Positions 16,845 through 25,943 of a DNA stretch of 32,000 nt are shown one piece after another (the stretch's first letter is position 1; every line of letters begins with the position of its first letter). Source of the DNA: Candidatus Lokiarchaeum ossiferum. GTDB taxonomy: Archaea; Asgardarchaeota; Lokiarchaeia; Sigyniarchaeales; Promethearchaeaceae. The translations under genes were made by a program, and so were the position numbers. The DNA lies in contig CP104013.1 of NCBI GenBank assembly GCA_025839675.1, forward strand, positions 5,910,001 through 5,942,000, given 5' to 3'. The notes under the pieces are model-generated. The model saw nothing but the letters and a program-made list of their open reading frames with translations, had not been told where the DNA came from and made no database searches.

Positions 16845-17405
16845 TTAGCTTTCTTTCAATGCATTTTTTACCAAAATATCAATGATTGAATTGAATGCAT
16901 CTTCGACATGTTTTCCTGTTTTGGCTGATGTAAGATAAAAGCCTAAAAAGCCTCGTTCCTTGGCAATTTTTTGGATCGCTGCTTGATCATAGGTTTCCTC
17001 GTCAATTAAATCGCTTTTATTCGCAAAACACACTGTTGGGAGATTTCCGCAGTAATTACTGATATCATCTATCCATTCGTTAACGTTGTGCATCGTTTCA
17101 TCTCGTGTCAGATCATAAACAACAATTGTGGCTTTGGCTCCGTTATAAAATGTTGGACGCATAAATTTGAACTCACTTTGTCCAGCAATATCCCAGAAAA
17201 ACAATCGTGCTCTAATATTTTTGTTCTCACCGACTATTCTTTCATACCTAGAAAATTGCGCACCAAGTGTCTTGATATAGTCTTTATTAAAACTGCCTTG
17301 TGTGAAGCGTTTGATGAGCGATGTTTTTCCGGCGGCCCCATCCCCAATAACACAAATTTTGAAAATAAAATCGTTCGTAAATTCCTCGTCTGCCATATTT
17401 TTCAC
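16845..17405 (-). CDS. Ras-superfamily small GTPase (Rab/Ras-like), no C-terminal Cys lipidation motif
   Basis: 186-aa ORF with all G-boxes: G1 GDGAAGKTS, switch I T in IKTLGAQF, G3 WDIAGQSEF, G4 NKSD, G5 TSAK. It ends ...VKNALKES without any Cys. Confidence 0.9.
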   Translation of the reverse strand: MKNMADEEFTNDFIFKICVIGDGAAGKTSLIKRFTQGSFNKDYIKTLGAQFSRYERIVGENKNIRARLFFWDIAGQSEFKFMRPTFYNGAKATIVVYDLTRDETMHNVNEWIDDISNYCGNLPTVCFANKSDLIDEETYDQAAIQKIAKERGFLGFYLTSAKTGKHVEDAFNSIIDILVKNALKES

Positions 17406-17930
17406 ATTTCACAAAAATTTTTTTGTGGTTGAATTAATATATTTAATTTAGTGAGTTTCTCTTAAAAGAATTGTGAGTACAAACACAACAAGACTAATCG
17501 CTTTTAAATAAGAGAAAAAAGATCCTTAAAAAAATTCATGATTATTGGAAAAAAAACTTACATATTGTTGCCTCCTATCGACTCTTTTTGGATCTTTTAG
17601 ATTTCGTTTTTATTTTCCTGCACTTGAAGTTTTTTTTTTCTAAGACTTCTTATTTTGAAAAGTTGCAACATTAGAATGGCCGATTGAATTGGGGTTAGAT
17701 ATAATAAGGGGGAATTCAATGGAGTATTAAAAGTCCACGGGAAAGTTTTATAATTATGCAAAGTGTATTCCATTTTTTTTTATGACATTTGAATCCTTGT
17801 GGAGTTCACTATTTTGAATTTTTTTTTAAAAACCATTTTATCACAATATTAAATTTACATAAACTCCAATACCTCTAAATAATTGGTTAGATAATTTAAA
17901 ATTAAGAATTGCTCTGAAAAAGAGAAAAAA

Positions 17931-18455
17931 TTAGATAGTTTTGACAATCGTCATAATCAGGTCTTTAAATGCTTCTTCGACCTTTTCCCCAGTAGCGGCC
18001 GACGTTAATATCAATGGAATATTATATTTTTTGGCATACTCATCCGCCTGTTCTTGAGTAATTACCTTATTTTCTTCCAAATCAATTTTATTGCCAATTA
18101 AAATCATAGGAACTTTATCACCACGGATTTCAATTAAGGATCCAATCCAATCATCGAGATGATCAAAGGATGCTTGAGATGTGATGTCGAACACGACCAA
18201 TGCTCCTTGAGACCCTTCCAAATATAATTTTCGCAACTTTCTGTATGCTTGTTGTCCACCAAGATCCCAAATTTGAACGCTAGCGGTCTTTCCCGCAAAA
18301 TCGCCATCAAGTGTTAATTTTTTTTTGAGAAGGTTTACTCCCAAAGTTGATTTAAAATCACGTGAAAACCGGTTTTCGATGTATCTATAAACTAAACTTG
18401 TCTTTCCAACTGCCCCGTCTCCGAGAAGACAAATCTTAAGAACGTAATCTGCCAT
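17931..18455 (-). CDS. Ras-superfamily small GTPase (Rab-like), no C-terminal Cys lipidation motif
   Basis: 174-aa ORF with G1 GDGAVGKTS, switch I STLGVNL, G3 WDLGGQQAY, G4 GNKIDL, G5 TSAATG. It ends ...MTIVKTI. Confidence 0.9.
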   Translation of the reverse strand: MADYVLKICLLGDGAVGKTSLVYRYIENRFSRDFKSTLGVNLLKKKLTLDGDFAGKTASVQIWDLGGQQAYRKLRKLYLEGSQGALVVFDITSQASFDHLDDWIGSLIEIRGDKVPMILIGNKIDLEENKVITQEQADEYAKKYNIPLILTSAATGEKVEEAFKDLIMTIVKTI

Positions 18456-18664
18456 TTTTCTTTATCCCAATCCGTGTTATTTTTCAAAGATAGTTTCGTA
18501 ATATCTTGAATTAATAATTATTTAATTAGCGACTTGTTCTTAAATTTGTTTTTATCTATTGAAAGTAAATCATAAGAAAATCAAAATTGGAGTGAAGAAG
18601 ATATTAAAGAGATCTCTGCTAAATAAAGGGAATTGGAAAGTGTGGGAAGATTAATATCAAAATA

Positions 18665-20014
18665 TTGAAGAAGGATAAAAAAAACTATAATCAATGTTGC
18701 TTTAGGCAAAATGTGGACTTAAAAATCCGAAGATTGTTAATTTATCTTTTGCCTTTTATTGGTGATTTGACCAATATGATTTTGAGTGTGCTATTCATTA
18801 TTTATGCAGATTCAGTGGGGTTTTCAACAACAAAAATCGGGTGGATTATTTCTGCGTACGGTCTAAGTTATTTAATTATGCCTTTCTTGATAGGCAAACT
18901 GGTGGATCGGCTTTCCCATAGGAAGAGCTTGATAATAGCAACCACTGGTCAGATGGTGAATGCAATAGTTTACATTTTTATGATGGATTTACCTATTAAT
19001 ATTCTCTATTTTGTGATAATTGGGGGTCAAGTGACACGTGCAGCAGCTTATTCTTTCTATTGGCCTTCAATAGAATCATTCCTTTCAGAATCCACAAGCA
19101 AATCGTCTGAAGCCCATGAAAAGAGTATTCGATGGTTTTGTATTAGCTGGGGTTTTGGAGCTGCAATTGGTTCCCCAATTGGGGGGTTTTTTTCGGATTT
19201 AAGGATAGTAAATGGTTATATTATAGTTCTTTTGGCATATTTTGCTGCTTTATTAATTGTGATTGTGGCGATTCCTAAAAACAGAGGGTTTCAATTGTTT
19301 CCTACAACCAATTTTTCATCAGAAGGAATATTAAGGTTCGATGATGGAAAAATTGCTCCGTTAGCACAAAATGTTCCCAAAAATGGGCAGAATGATGTTA
19401 GCAAACCCGAGGTCTTGTCAGGTCACACAATATCCCCTTCTGATCCATCCTCGGAGAAGATCAACTTAAATTCTCTCGCTATTCTCCTTCTTTTAGGGAC
19501 ATTACTCTATGCAATTTGTTCAAAAGGTTTCTTGGGATATTTTCCAAATTATGCTGTGATTTCTGGAGGTCTAAATTTATCCGGGTTTGTCACTGGTCAG
19601 GTGCTTTTTATTTTTGGTATCGGACAATTTATCGCCTTTATATCTGGGAAATTTCTCAAAAATAGTTTTTTCGCGCTAAAATCCTCAATTTTGATTATAT
19701 CCATTCTTTTTTTAACTATGGCTTTAGTAAAGAATGTTATTATTTTATCGATCATTATGTTTATTGCTGGTTTTTTTATAGCACGTGTATATTATTTATC
19801 TCTCGAATTAACAATGAAATATGAACCTTCCAGCAAAGGTGCGAAAGCGGGTCTTTTTGAAAGTATGGTTGGCTTAGGTTTAGGAATAACTCCCATCATT
19901 GCTGGATTTATTGCAGAATTCAATCTCACTATTCCTTTTTATACATTTTCTTCTTTATGTATGATATTTTTCATAGGTTTTTCAATCTATTTGTATAAAA
20001 ATAAAATTAAATGA
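18665..20014 (+). CDS. Major facilitator superfamily transporter
   Basis: 449-aa ORF with about 12 hydrophobic segments arranged 6+6 around a hydrophilic central loop of about 70 aa. It has an MFS motif-A-like GKLVDRLSHRK between TM2 and TM3. The track start at 18665 is a TTG; an in-frame GTG at 18713 is an alternative start. Confidence 0.8.
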   Translation: MKKDKKNYNQCCFRQNVDLKIRRLLIYLLPFIGDLTNMILSVLFIIYADSVGFSTTKIGWIISAYGLSYLIMPFLIGKLVDRLSHRKSLIIATTGQMVNAIVYIFMMDLPINILYFVIIGGQVTRAAAYSFYWPSIESFLSESTSKSSEAHEKSIRWFCISWGFGAAIGSPIGGFFSDLRIVNGYIIVLLAYFAALLIVIVAIPKNRGFQLFPTTNFSSEGILRFDDGKIAPLAQNVPKNGQNDVSKPEVLSGHTISPSDPSSEKINLNSLAILLLLGTLLYAICSKGFLGYFPNYAVISGGLNLSGFVTGQVLFIFGIGQFIAFISGKFLKNSFFALKSSILIISILFLTMALVKNVIILSIIMFIAGFFIARVYYLSLELTMKYEPSSKGAKAGLFESMVGLGLGITPIIAGFIAEFNLTIPFYTFSSLCMIFFIGFSIYLYKNKIK

Positions 20015-20084
20015 GTCGAATTGAGGGCAGAAAAGAATTGAAAAAAGGGAAGTTAAAGAAAGTAATGACATTGATATTAAAAAT

Positions 20085-20375
20085 TTAAATCAGTTTTTCT
20101 ATTTCTTGAACCTTATCCCATATGCTTGCCCCTTTTTCGGTTAAAAAGATAACTTTCTCATTATCATCGTTTAGCTTATATGCGATTAACTTATGGGCGA
20201 GCAGGTCTTTTTTTACTCGAAAATATGAATTGGCATAACTTTTTTCCTTCTGTAATTGTTCAAAGAATTTGGATTGCACGATTTCTTTTTCCGGAAACGA
20301 ATGTAAAATGCTTATTGTCTCAGAAAACCCTCTTTTGCGAAAGAGATTGAAAAACTTTAAAGTTTGATTTCCCAT
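20085..20375 (-). CDS. Small winged-helix-like DNA-binding protein (putative transcription regulator)
   Basis: 96-aa ORF. The pattern ETISILHSFPEKEIVQSKFFEQL...SYFRVKKDLLAHKLIAYKL..DNEKVIFLTEKG resembles a HxlR/PadR/MarR-type wHTH (helix-turn-helix then a beta-hairpin wing). It is divergent from the oxidoreductase gene across a 646-bp spacer. Confidence 0.4.
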   Translation of the reverse strand: MGNQTLKFFNLFRKRGFSETISILHSFPEKEIVQSKFFEQLQKEKSYANSYFRVKKDLLAHKLIAYKLNDDNEKVIFLTEKGASIWDKVQEIEKLI

Positions 20376-21021
20376 GATATCTCAGTTTTGTTTTTTGAAT
20401 TATTTTTTTTGAATAAAAATTATATTCTACTAAATAGTTATAATCACAAATTTTTAAAACTTAGCTTTTTCTTTAATTAACTTCTTAACAAATTTCAACG
20501 AACAACCTTTTTGAAAAAAGGTATAACATAATCTTTCAGTATCAACAATGGATGAAAATGGTAAGAATAACATTTCCATAGTTATTTTTCAATCGTTGAC
20601 AAAAATGGATGAATGCTGACCAGAAAAATTCAAAATATTGATTTTACCTATTTCTCAAATCATTAATTTCCTATTGTAAAAATAATACAAAATATAGAAA
20701 TTTCATTCTGGAAAGAGTTAGGGAAAATTTCAAATTATAATTCATCATGGTTGAAAACCTACCATCCAGTCTTAAGATCATGAGACATTGCTTATGACTT
20801 TGATTATCTTAATAGACTAATTATTCATAATATGCATCAATTTTAAATCGAATTGTAGCTATTTAATTCATTTCAATAACATACAACACACAAGAGGAAA
20901 CATTAATTAAAATATGTCATTTTCTTGACATAACGTTTCAGTTAATTTAAAGCCTTTCTGGATGGGATACTAAATGAAAGGTGCAGTAAATTCTTTAATG
21001 AAAAAAAAATTATCATAGGTA

Positions 21022-22332
21022 ATGGAACCGCGTGTTCAACAATCTCAGATCTATGAATTTATTATTATCGGAGCTGGGATTGCTGGAGCAAAATTATTTT
21101 ACCATTTATCTCAAACAGCAACTTGTCTCCTGATAGAAAAACGTTTTGAGGCAGATCAAAATAATTCTATCGCAAAAGTTTTGTGTATGCATGATTTACC
21201 TTGGATGGAAGAAGTTCCTCTTGGTGATCCATCTATTTTCATTCGGGATCATTGGACTTCTGTTTATGCTTCTCGAAAATCCGAAGTCTGTGTTGATGGC
21301 CATGAGTGGGGTGCACCATTGGCAAAAATGGTAAATTATCAAAATTTAATTAATTGGTACATTGAAGCAGGGGTGAAATCCGGAGGTAAAATGTTGTGGG
21401 GCGCTGAAGCACTTAAAATTAATCCTAAGTCGAACTCACTTCTCATAAAGATGCGTTCAAATTCTTCAGAGTATTTAATCAATGGACGGATGTTTATCAT
21501 TGCTTCGGGTGCCACCGGGTATAATTTAAATTCCCAAGTTAAATGTTCTGTCCCGGATACTTTTAATACTGTTTCAACGACTTTTTTTGGAACAAGGGAT
21601 CAAATCTTGAAAAATGTCCCTCATGATTATATCTATCGTTTACATCCTCAAATTAGTACTACCGGTATGCTCTGGCTAAATCGGGGAAGGAATTTTTTCA
21701 ACATTGGGTTTGTATCGGAAGAATCCCATGAAGAGATGGGCAATAAATTTCTCAGAATTTTGAATAAATACGAGCCTCTTAAAAATTTCTTCCAAAATCT
21801 TTCACCACAACCAAACATTATGACTCCTAATGCTTTTTCCTATGGTTGTTCTCCTAGATATCCTGTTGAAAAAAATTTTGCTGAAAATATTATTACAATT
21901 GGTGATGCGGCAGGATTATTGTATCCTCTCTATTTTGAAGGAATCGTTGGAGCGGTCGTGTCTGCTAAAATTGCTTCTCAAGTTCTTAAAAATTTGTACG
22001 AATCTCAAAGTGGTTATTCAGCCCAATCTCTTAAGCAATATCAAAAACAATTGAAGTGCAGTTTAATCGATTCTTACATAAAAATGGGGACTATATCGGA
22101 TGAAATGTTTTTCAAGGGAGGAGAAAAACCCTCTTTCTCAATATGGGAAGCGTATTTACAAGCTATAAAAGAAGTTCCACAAGTTCGCAAAAATATATGG
22201 ACTGCCTATCAATGCGACGACTTAGGCAACTACCCCGAAGAAAATGATAAATGGTGCGGAGAGCAAATTTATAAACGTCTCCCTATTGCAAAAAAAATCA
22301 CTCTGGCTCCGTTCTTTTTAAAATTTAAATAA
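21022..22332 (+). CDS. FAD-dependent oxidoreductase, geranylgeranyl-reductase-like family
   Basis: 436-aa ORF with an N-terminal dinucleotide-binding motif (FIIIGAGIAGAKLFYHL...LLIEK). It has the second FAD motif GDAAGLLYPLYFEGI typical of the GGR/FixC family. The substrate cannot be told from the sequence. Confidence 0.6.
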   Translation: MEPRVQQSQIYEFIIIGAGIAGAKLFYHLSQTATCLLIEKRFEADQNNSIAKVLCMHDLPWMEEVPLGDPSIFIRDHWTSVYASRKSEVCVDGHEWGAPLAKMVNYQNLINWYIEAGVKSGGKMLWGAEALKINPKSNSLLIKMRSNSSEYLINGRMFIIASGATGYNLNSQVKCSVPDTFNTVSTTFFGTRDQILKNVPHDYIYRLHPQISTTGMLWLNRGRNFFNIGFVSEESHEEMGNKFLRILNKYEPLKNFFQNLSPQPNIMTPNAFSYGCSPRYPVEKNFAENIITIGDAAGLLYPLYFEGIVGAVVSAKIASQVLKNLYESQSGYSAQSLKQYQKQLKCSLIDSYIKMGTISDEMFFKGGEKPSFSIWEAYLQAIKEVPQVRKNIWTAYQCDDLGNYPEENDKWCGEQIYKRLPIAKKITLAPFFLKFK

Positions 22333-22368
22333 AATTTCTGCTTAAAATAAAGAAATAAAAAAGAATTT

Positions 22369-22851
22369 TCAGTAACTGGTTTGTTTTGCGTAGATTTTAA
22401 ATTTGGCTTTCGTTTTTCCGTCTTTACTTTGCAAAATTTCGTACATCGTTTTTGAAGGGCATTTTATCTTGAAGTTCTTCTTTGCTAAGACTGAATCTTT
22501 TCCTGGATCCTCTTCCCGCATCTGTATTTCAACTTCAACGAATCGTTCTTCATCTTTCTTAAATCTAACAAATTCGCTCCAAAGAGTTAATTTATCCGAT
22601 TTTGAGAGAAATGCTTGATTTTCCCGTAACTCAATACATCCCTTATTAGGAACTCGAGTTCGTAGAACTCCATCGGAATTTACTCGAAAATAAAATTCAT
22701 TAGTTCGATTAGTTAAATCATATTTTCCAACGGTTTTAAGAGATTCTAAGGAGATTCCAACAATATATCTCCCAAATTTCTCAAGTTCTTTTTTAAAGGA
22801 TTCGCCTTTGGCGCTTTTATTGACTGGAACTTTCACTTTTCGTGTAGGCAT
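22369..22851 (-). CDS. Hypothetical protein (basic N-terminus, beta-rich body)
   Basis: 160-aa ORF with a clean ATG and no overlapping alternative. It has a Lys-rich N-terminus (MPTRKVKVPVNKSAKGESFKK) followed by alternating strand-like segments. I recognise no motif. Confidence 0.5.
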   Translation of the reverse strand: MPTRKVKVPVNKSAKGESFKKELEKFGRYIVGISLESLKTVGKYDLTNRTNEFYFRVNSDGVLRTRVPNKGCIELRENQAFLSKSDKLTLWSEFVRFKKDEERFVEVEIQMREEDPGKDSVLAKKNFKIKCPSKTMYEILQSKDGKTKAKFKIYAKQTSY

Positions 22852-22950
22852 TTTAATTTTCTTCCAAAATGAGATTTCTAATTAAAAATTTAGTGCTTTC
22901 CAAATTAAAGTTTAGTGGTTAAAATTTGGAATTCTACAAAACACTATAAA

Positions 22951-23358
22951 TTAGAATAATCCGATCTTTCTAATTAAATTAGTAAGAAGATCTGATAAAT
23001 CCTCTTTCTTGGTTTCAGACCATTTGAGCTTGATGATTTGTTTTTTTATTCTTGAAAGTACTGCTAAACATCGTTTTTGTCGCAATCCTTCAAACTTACC
23101 AATCAAATAGAAAGAATAATCATTGGTGTGTGACTGAATATTAATATTAATTCCTATGAAATCTTTACCGCTGATATTAAGATGATAAAAATTGCTTCCT
23201 CCCATGTCTTGCATAAATTGATGGATTCCACTGAAGAAATTGCGGATTAATATAATTTCTTCTTCCTGCTTTATTTTTTGGATGTGAACAACTTCTTCCC
23301 CTTTACTTGAAAGGATCCACAATTCTTCAAGATTTTTTGATCTCATTAGTAACCACAA
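22951..23358 (-). CDS. Hypothetical small alpha/beta protein, possibly longin/roadblock-like
   Basis: 135-aa ORF. The predicted element order is strand (ELWILSS), strand (EVVHIQ), helix (IILIRNFFSGIHQFMQDM), strands (FYHLNISGKDFIGINI, FYLIGKF), helix (RCLAVLSRIKKQIIKL). This matches a beta-beta-alpha-beta-beta-beta-alpha longin-type topology. It is an inference only. Confidence 0.35.
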   Translation of the reverse strand: MWLLMRSKNLEELWILSSKGEEVVHIQKIKQEEEIILIRNFFSGIHQFMQDMGGSNFYHLNISGKDFIGININIQSHTNDYSFYLIGKFEGLRQKRCLAVLSRIKKQIIKLKWSETKKEDLSDLLTNLIRKIGLF

Positions 23359-23549
23359 TAATTATTAGGAATATTAAAACTCTAACTTGTTAGCAATTGC
23401 AGATGATATATTCAAGTCATACCAACAATTAATATTATTAGTTTTAGTATTTTTGGACTGATTGGAACAAAGTTAGCGATTAATTTTTCTCTTTTACACA
23501 ACATTTTTAAAAAACTCGACAATAACCATAATTAATATAATCCGACTGT

Positions 23550-24143
23550 ATGTTAATTAAGAAATTAGGATTGATTTTGCTCATGACGACATCACCAACT
23601 CTAGACCAAGGCTTAATTCATTATTACTATGGAAAGGGCTGTGGTAAAACTTCAATCACTATAGGACATATAGTCAGATCAATTGGTAGAAATTTCCGAC
23701 CAGTTCTCCTTCAATTTTTAAAAAAACACGATCCAAGCGGTCAAAAAGGCTTTTACTACGGGGAATATGTTGCATTAACCGAAAAATTAGGTGTCCCGAT
23801 TTTCCAATATGGAGATTTTAACTTTATTAGGTCAGACAAACAAATTGAGAGTCAAAAGAAGAATGCTCTTGAAGGATTAAACAAAATTCAAGAAGTAATT
23901 ACCTCTTCTGATTATGATTTAGTGATATTGGATGAAATTGGCTCGATGATTAAGGTTGGGTTATATGAATCATCACAAATTGTTGAAATTTTGAGAAAAA
24001 AGGGTTCAACAGTGGAAATCATCATGACAGGCCATGAAAAAATCCCTGAATTTGAGGTAATTGCAAATTATGTGACTCACTTGCAAGAAATCAAACATCC
24101 ATTTCAAGAAGGTATTTTTGCGAGAGCAGGAATCGAATTTTAA
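23550..24143 (+). CDS. cobA: ATP:cob(I)alamin adenosyltransferase, CobA/BtuR type
   Basis: 197-aa ORF. YYYGKGCGKTSITIGHIVRSIGRNFRPVLLQFLKK corresponds to the CobA P-loop block (vytGnGKGKTTAAlG...v.vvQFlKg). DLVILDEI is the Walker-B-like block. It is adjacent to the B12-dependent mutase genes. Confidence 0.8.
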   Translation: MLIKKLGLILLMTTSPTLDQGLIHYYYGKGCGKTSITIGHIVRSIGRNFRPVLLQFLKKHDPSGQKGFYYGEYVALTEKLGVPIFQYGDFNFIRSDKQIESQKKNALEGLNKIQEVITSSDYDLVILDEIGSMIKVGLYESSQIVEILRKKGSTVEIIMTGHEKIPEFEVIANYVTHLQEIKHPFQEGIFARAGIEF

Positions 24144-24183
24144 ATGCGTTGTAGAATAAAAGGAAATACTTACCAATATCTAG

Positions 24184-25914
24184 GTGAAAAAAATGACAGA
24201 GAATTCAAATGCAAACTCAGCCAACAATTTGGATGAAATTGCGAAGGAAAAAAAAAAGTGGGAAGAAACCACTGTGAAGAAATCATTGGAACGAGTTCCT
24301 GAACGTAAACGATCTTTTAAAACTCTTTCTGATCTTGAAGTAAAACCTCTCTATACTCCTAATGATATCAAAGATCTCTCTTACCTTCGAGACTTAGGTT
24401 TTCCGGGTGAATATCCCTATACACGAGGTGCTCAACCAACGAGTTATCGTGCTAAATTCTGGACAATGCGTCAGTTTGCAGGTTTAGGAAATGCGGATGA
24501 AACAAATAAGCGATTTAAATATCTCATAGAAAATGGTCAGACTGGTTTAAGTGTCGCTTTTCATCTTCCTACAATTTATGGCTATGAAAGTTGTAGTCCA
24601 ATGAGTGCAGGGGAAGTGGGAAAGGAAGGTGTGGCTATTGATACCCTATCGGATATGGAAACTTTATTTGATGGGATCGATCTGGGGAAAATTTCAACCT
24701 CAATGACCATCAACGGGCCCGCTTCAATTCTATTTTGTATGTATCTAGCTACTGGGGAAAAAAAGGGTGTTCCAATGGCTAAGTTGACTGGAACGATTCA
24801 AAATGATATTTTCAAAGAATATCAAGCTCAAAAATCCTATATTTTTCCTCCTGAACCTTCTGTACGATTGATTGTGGATACTATTGAATATTGTACAAAA
24901 AATGTGCCACGTTGGAATACTATTAGTATTAGTGGTTATCATATTCGAGAAGCGGGTTCAACGGCCGTACAGGAATTAGCATTTACTCTTGGAAATGGGT
25001 TGGCTTATGTTGAAGCTGGGATAAAGCGAGGCTTAAATGTGGATGATTTTGCACCTCGTTTATCTTTCTTCTTCAATGCTCATAACAATTTCTTTGAAGA
25101 AGTTGCAAAATATCGTGCAGCTCGTCGAATTTGGGCAAAACATATGAAAAATGATTATAATGCGAAAGATCCACGTTCGCTTCGACTTCGGTTCCATACC
25201 CAAACCGCGGGTGTTTCATTGACCGCGCAAGAACCATACAATAACATTATCCGAGTTACCCTACAAGCCTTAGCTTCAGTTATGGGGGGGACTCAGTCCC
25301 TACACACCAATTCATTTGATGAAGCTTTAGCTTTACCTTCTGAAGATGCTGTACGAATGGCTTTACGAACCCAACAAATCATCGCTCATGAATCTGGGGT
25401 TGCTGATGTTATTGATCCTTTAGCTGGGTCATATTTTGTCGAATCTTTAACCAATAAAATGGAAGAAGAAACTGAACGATACTTTGACAAAATTAAGGAG
25501 ATGGGGAAAGGGTCTATGCTTGAAGGTACTTTTGTAGGAATTAAAAATAATTTTTACCAGCGTGAGATAGCCAATGCTTCTTATCAATTCCAGCAAGAAC
25601 TTGAAGCCAAAGAACAAGTACAAGTTGGTGTCAATAAATTCAAGTTTTCTGGGGAAGAAGGCTTACAACCTGAAATTTTGAAGATTTCTGAAGAAGTTGG
25701 GGAACAACAAGTGAAAGATCTTGAAAAATTGAAACAATCTCGCGATGAAGAAAAAGCTCAACAATGTTTAGCAAAAGTTAAAGAAATTGCTCAAACTAAG
25801 GAAAACTTAATCCCATATATTTTGGATGCAGTGAAGGCATATTGTTCTGTCGGAGAAATAATTGGAATTTTAAAAAGCGTCTTTGGAGTCTATAAAGAAG
25901 AAAGTATTTTCTAA
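24184..25914 (+). CDS. Coenzyme B12-dependent acyl-CoA mutase, large (substrate-binding TIM-barrel) subunit; MCM family with ICM-like active-site residues
   Basis: 576-aa ORF with strong family blocks: FPGEYPYTRG, WTMRQFAG, GLSVAF, TGTIQNDIFKEY, ISISGYHIREAG, RFHTQTAG. It has Phe at the MCM Tyr89-equivalent position (24475-24477) and Gln at the Arg207-equivalent position (24829-24831). The start is either GTG 24184 or ATG 24193. Confidence 0.9.
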   Translation: MKKMTENSNANSANNLDEIAKEKKKWEETTVKKSLERVPERKRSFKTLSDLEVKPLYTPNDIKDLSYLRDLGFPGEYPYTRGAQPTSYRAKFWTMRQFAGLGNADETNKRFKYLIENGQTGLSVAFHLPTIYGYESCSPMSAGEVGKEGVAIDTLSDMETLFDGIDLGKISTSMTINGPASILFCMYLATGEKKGVPMAKLTGTIQNDIFKEYQAQKSYIFPPEPSVRLIVDTIEYCTKNVPRWNTISISGYHIREAGSTAVQELAFTLGNGLAYVEAGIKRGLNVDDFAPRLSFFFNAHNNFFEEVAKYRAARRIWAKHMKNDYNAKDPRSLRLRFHTQTAGVSLTAQEPYNNIIRVTLQALASVMGGTQSLHTNSFDEALALPSEDAVRMALRTQQIIAHESGVADVIDPLAGSYFVESLTNKMEEETERYFDKIKEMGKGSMLEGTFVGIKNNFYQREIANASYQFQQELEAKEQVQVGVNKFKFSGEEGLQPEILKISEEVGEQQVKDLEKLKQSRDEEKAQQCLAKVKEIAQTKENLIPYILDAVKAYCSVGEIIGILKSVFGVYKEESIF

Positions 25915-25943
25915 TTCTTTTTTTTTATCAAATTTAAAATAGA

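Noticed and set aside
20527-20620. Mini-ORF MDENGKNNISIVIFQSLTKMDEC in the long spacer, with a repeated AATGGATGAA
   Set aside because: It has only 23 codons, no upstream ribosome-binding-like sequence and no distinctive composition. It is most likely chance.
20741-20760. C-box-like AUGAUGA on the minus strand (possible C/D box sRNA) in the long spacer
   Set aside because: No CUGA D box lies at the expected 50-70 nt downstream on that strand, and no terminal stem is present. A single 7-mer is expected by chance in AT-rich DNA.
24248-24257. A10 homopolymer inside the mutase large-subunit gene (possible frameshift or slippery site)
   Set aside because: The reading frame is continuous through it (AKEKKKWEE) and the downstream protein is intact. 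There is no evidence of a frameshift. It is noted only as a site prone to sequencing error.
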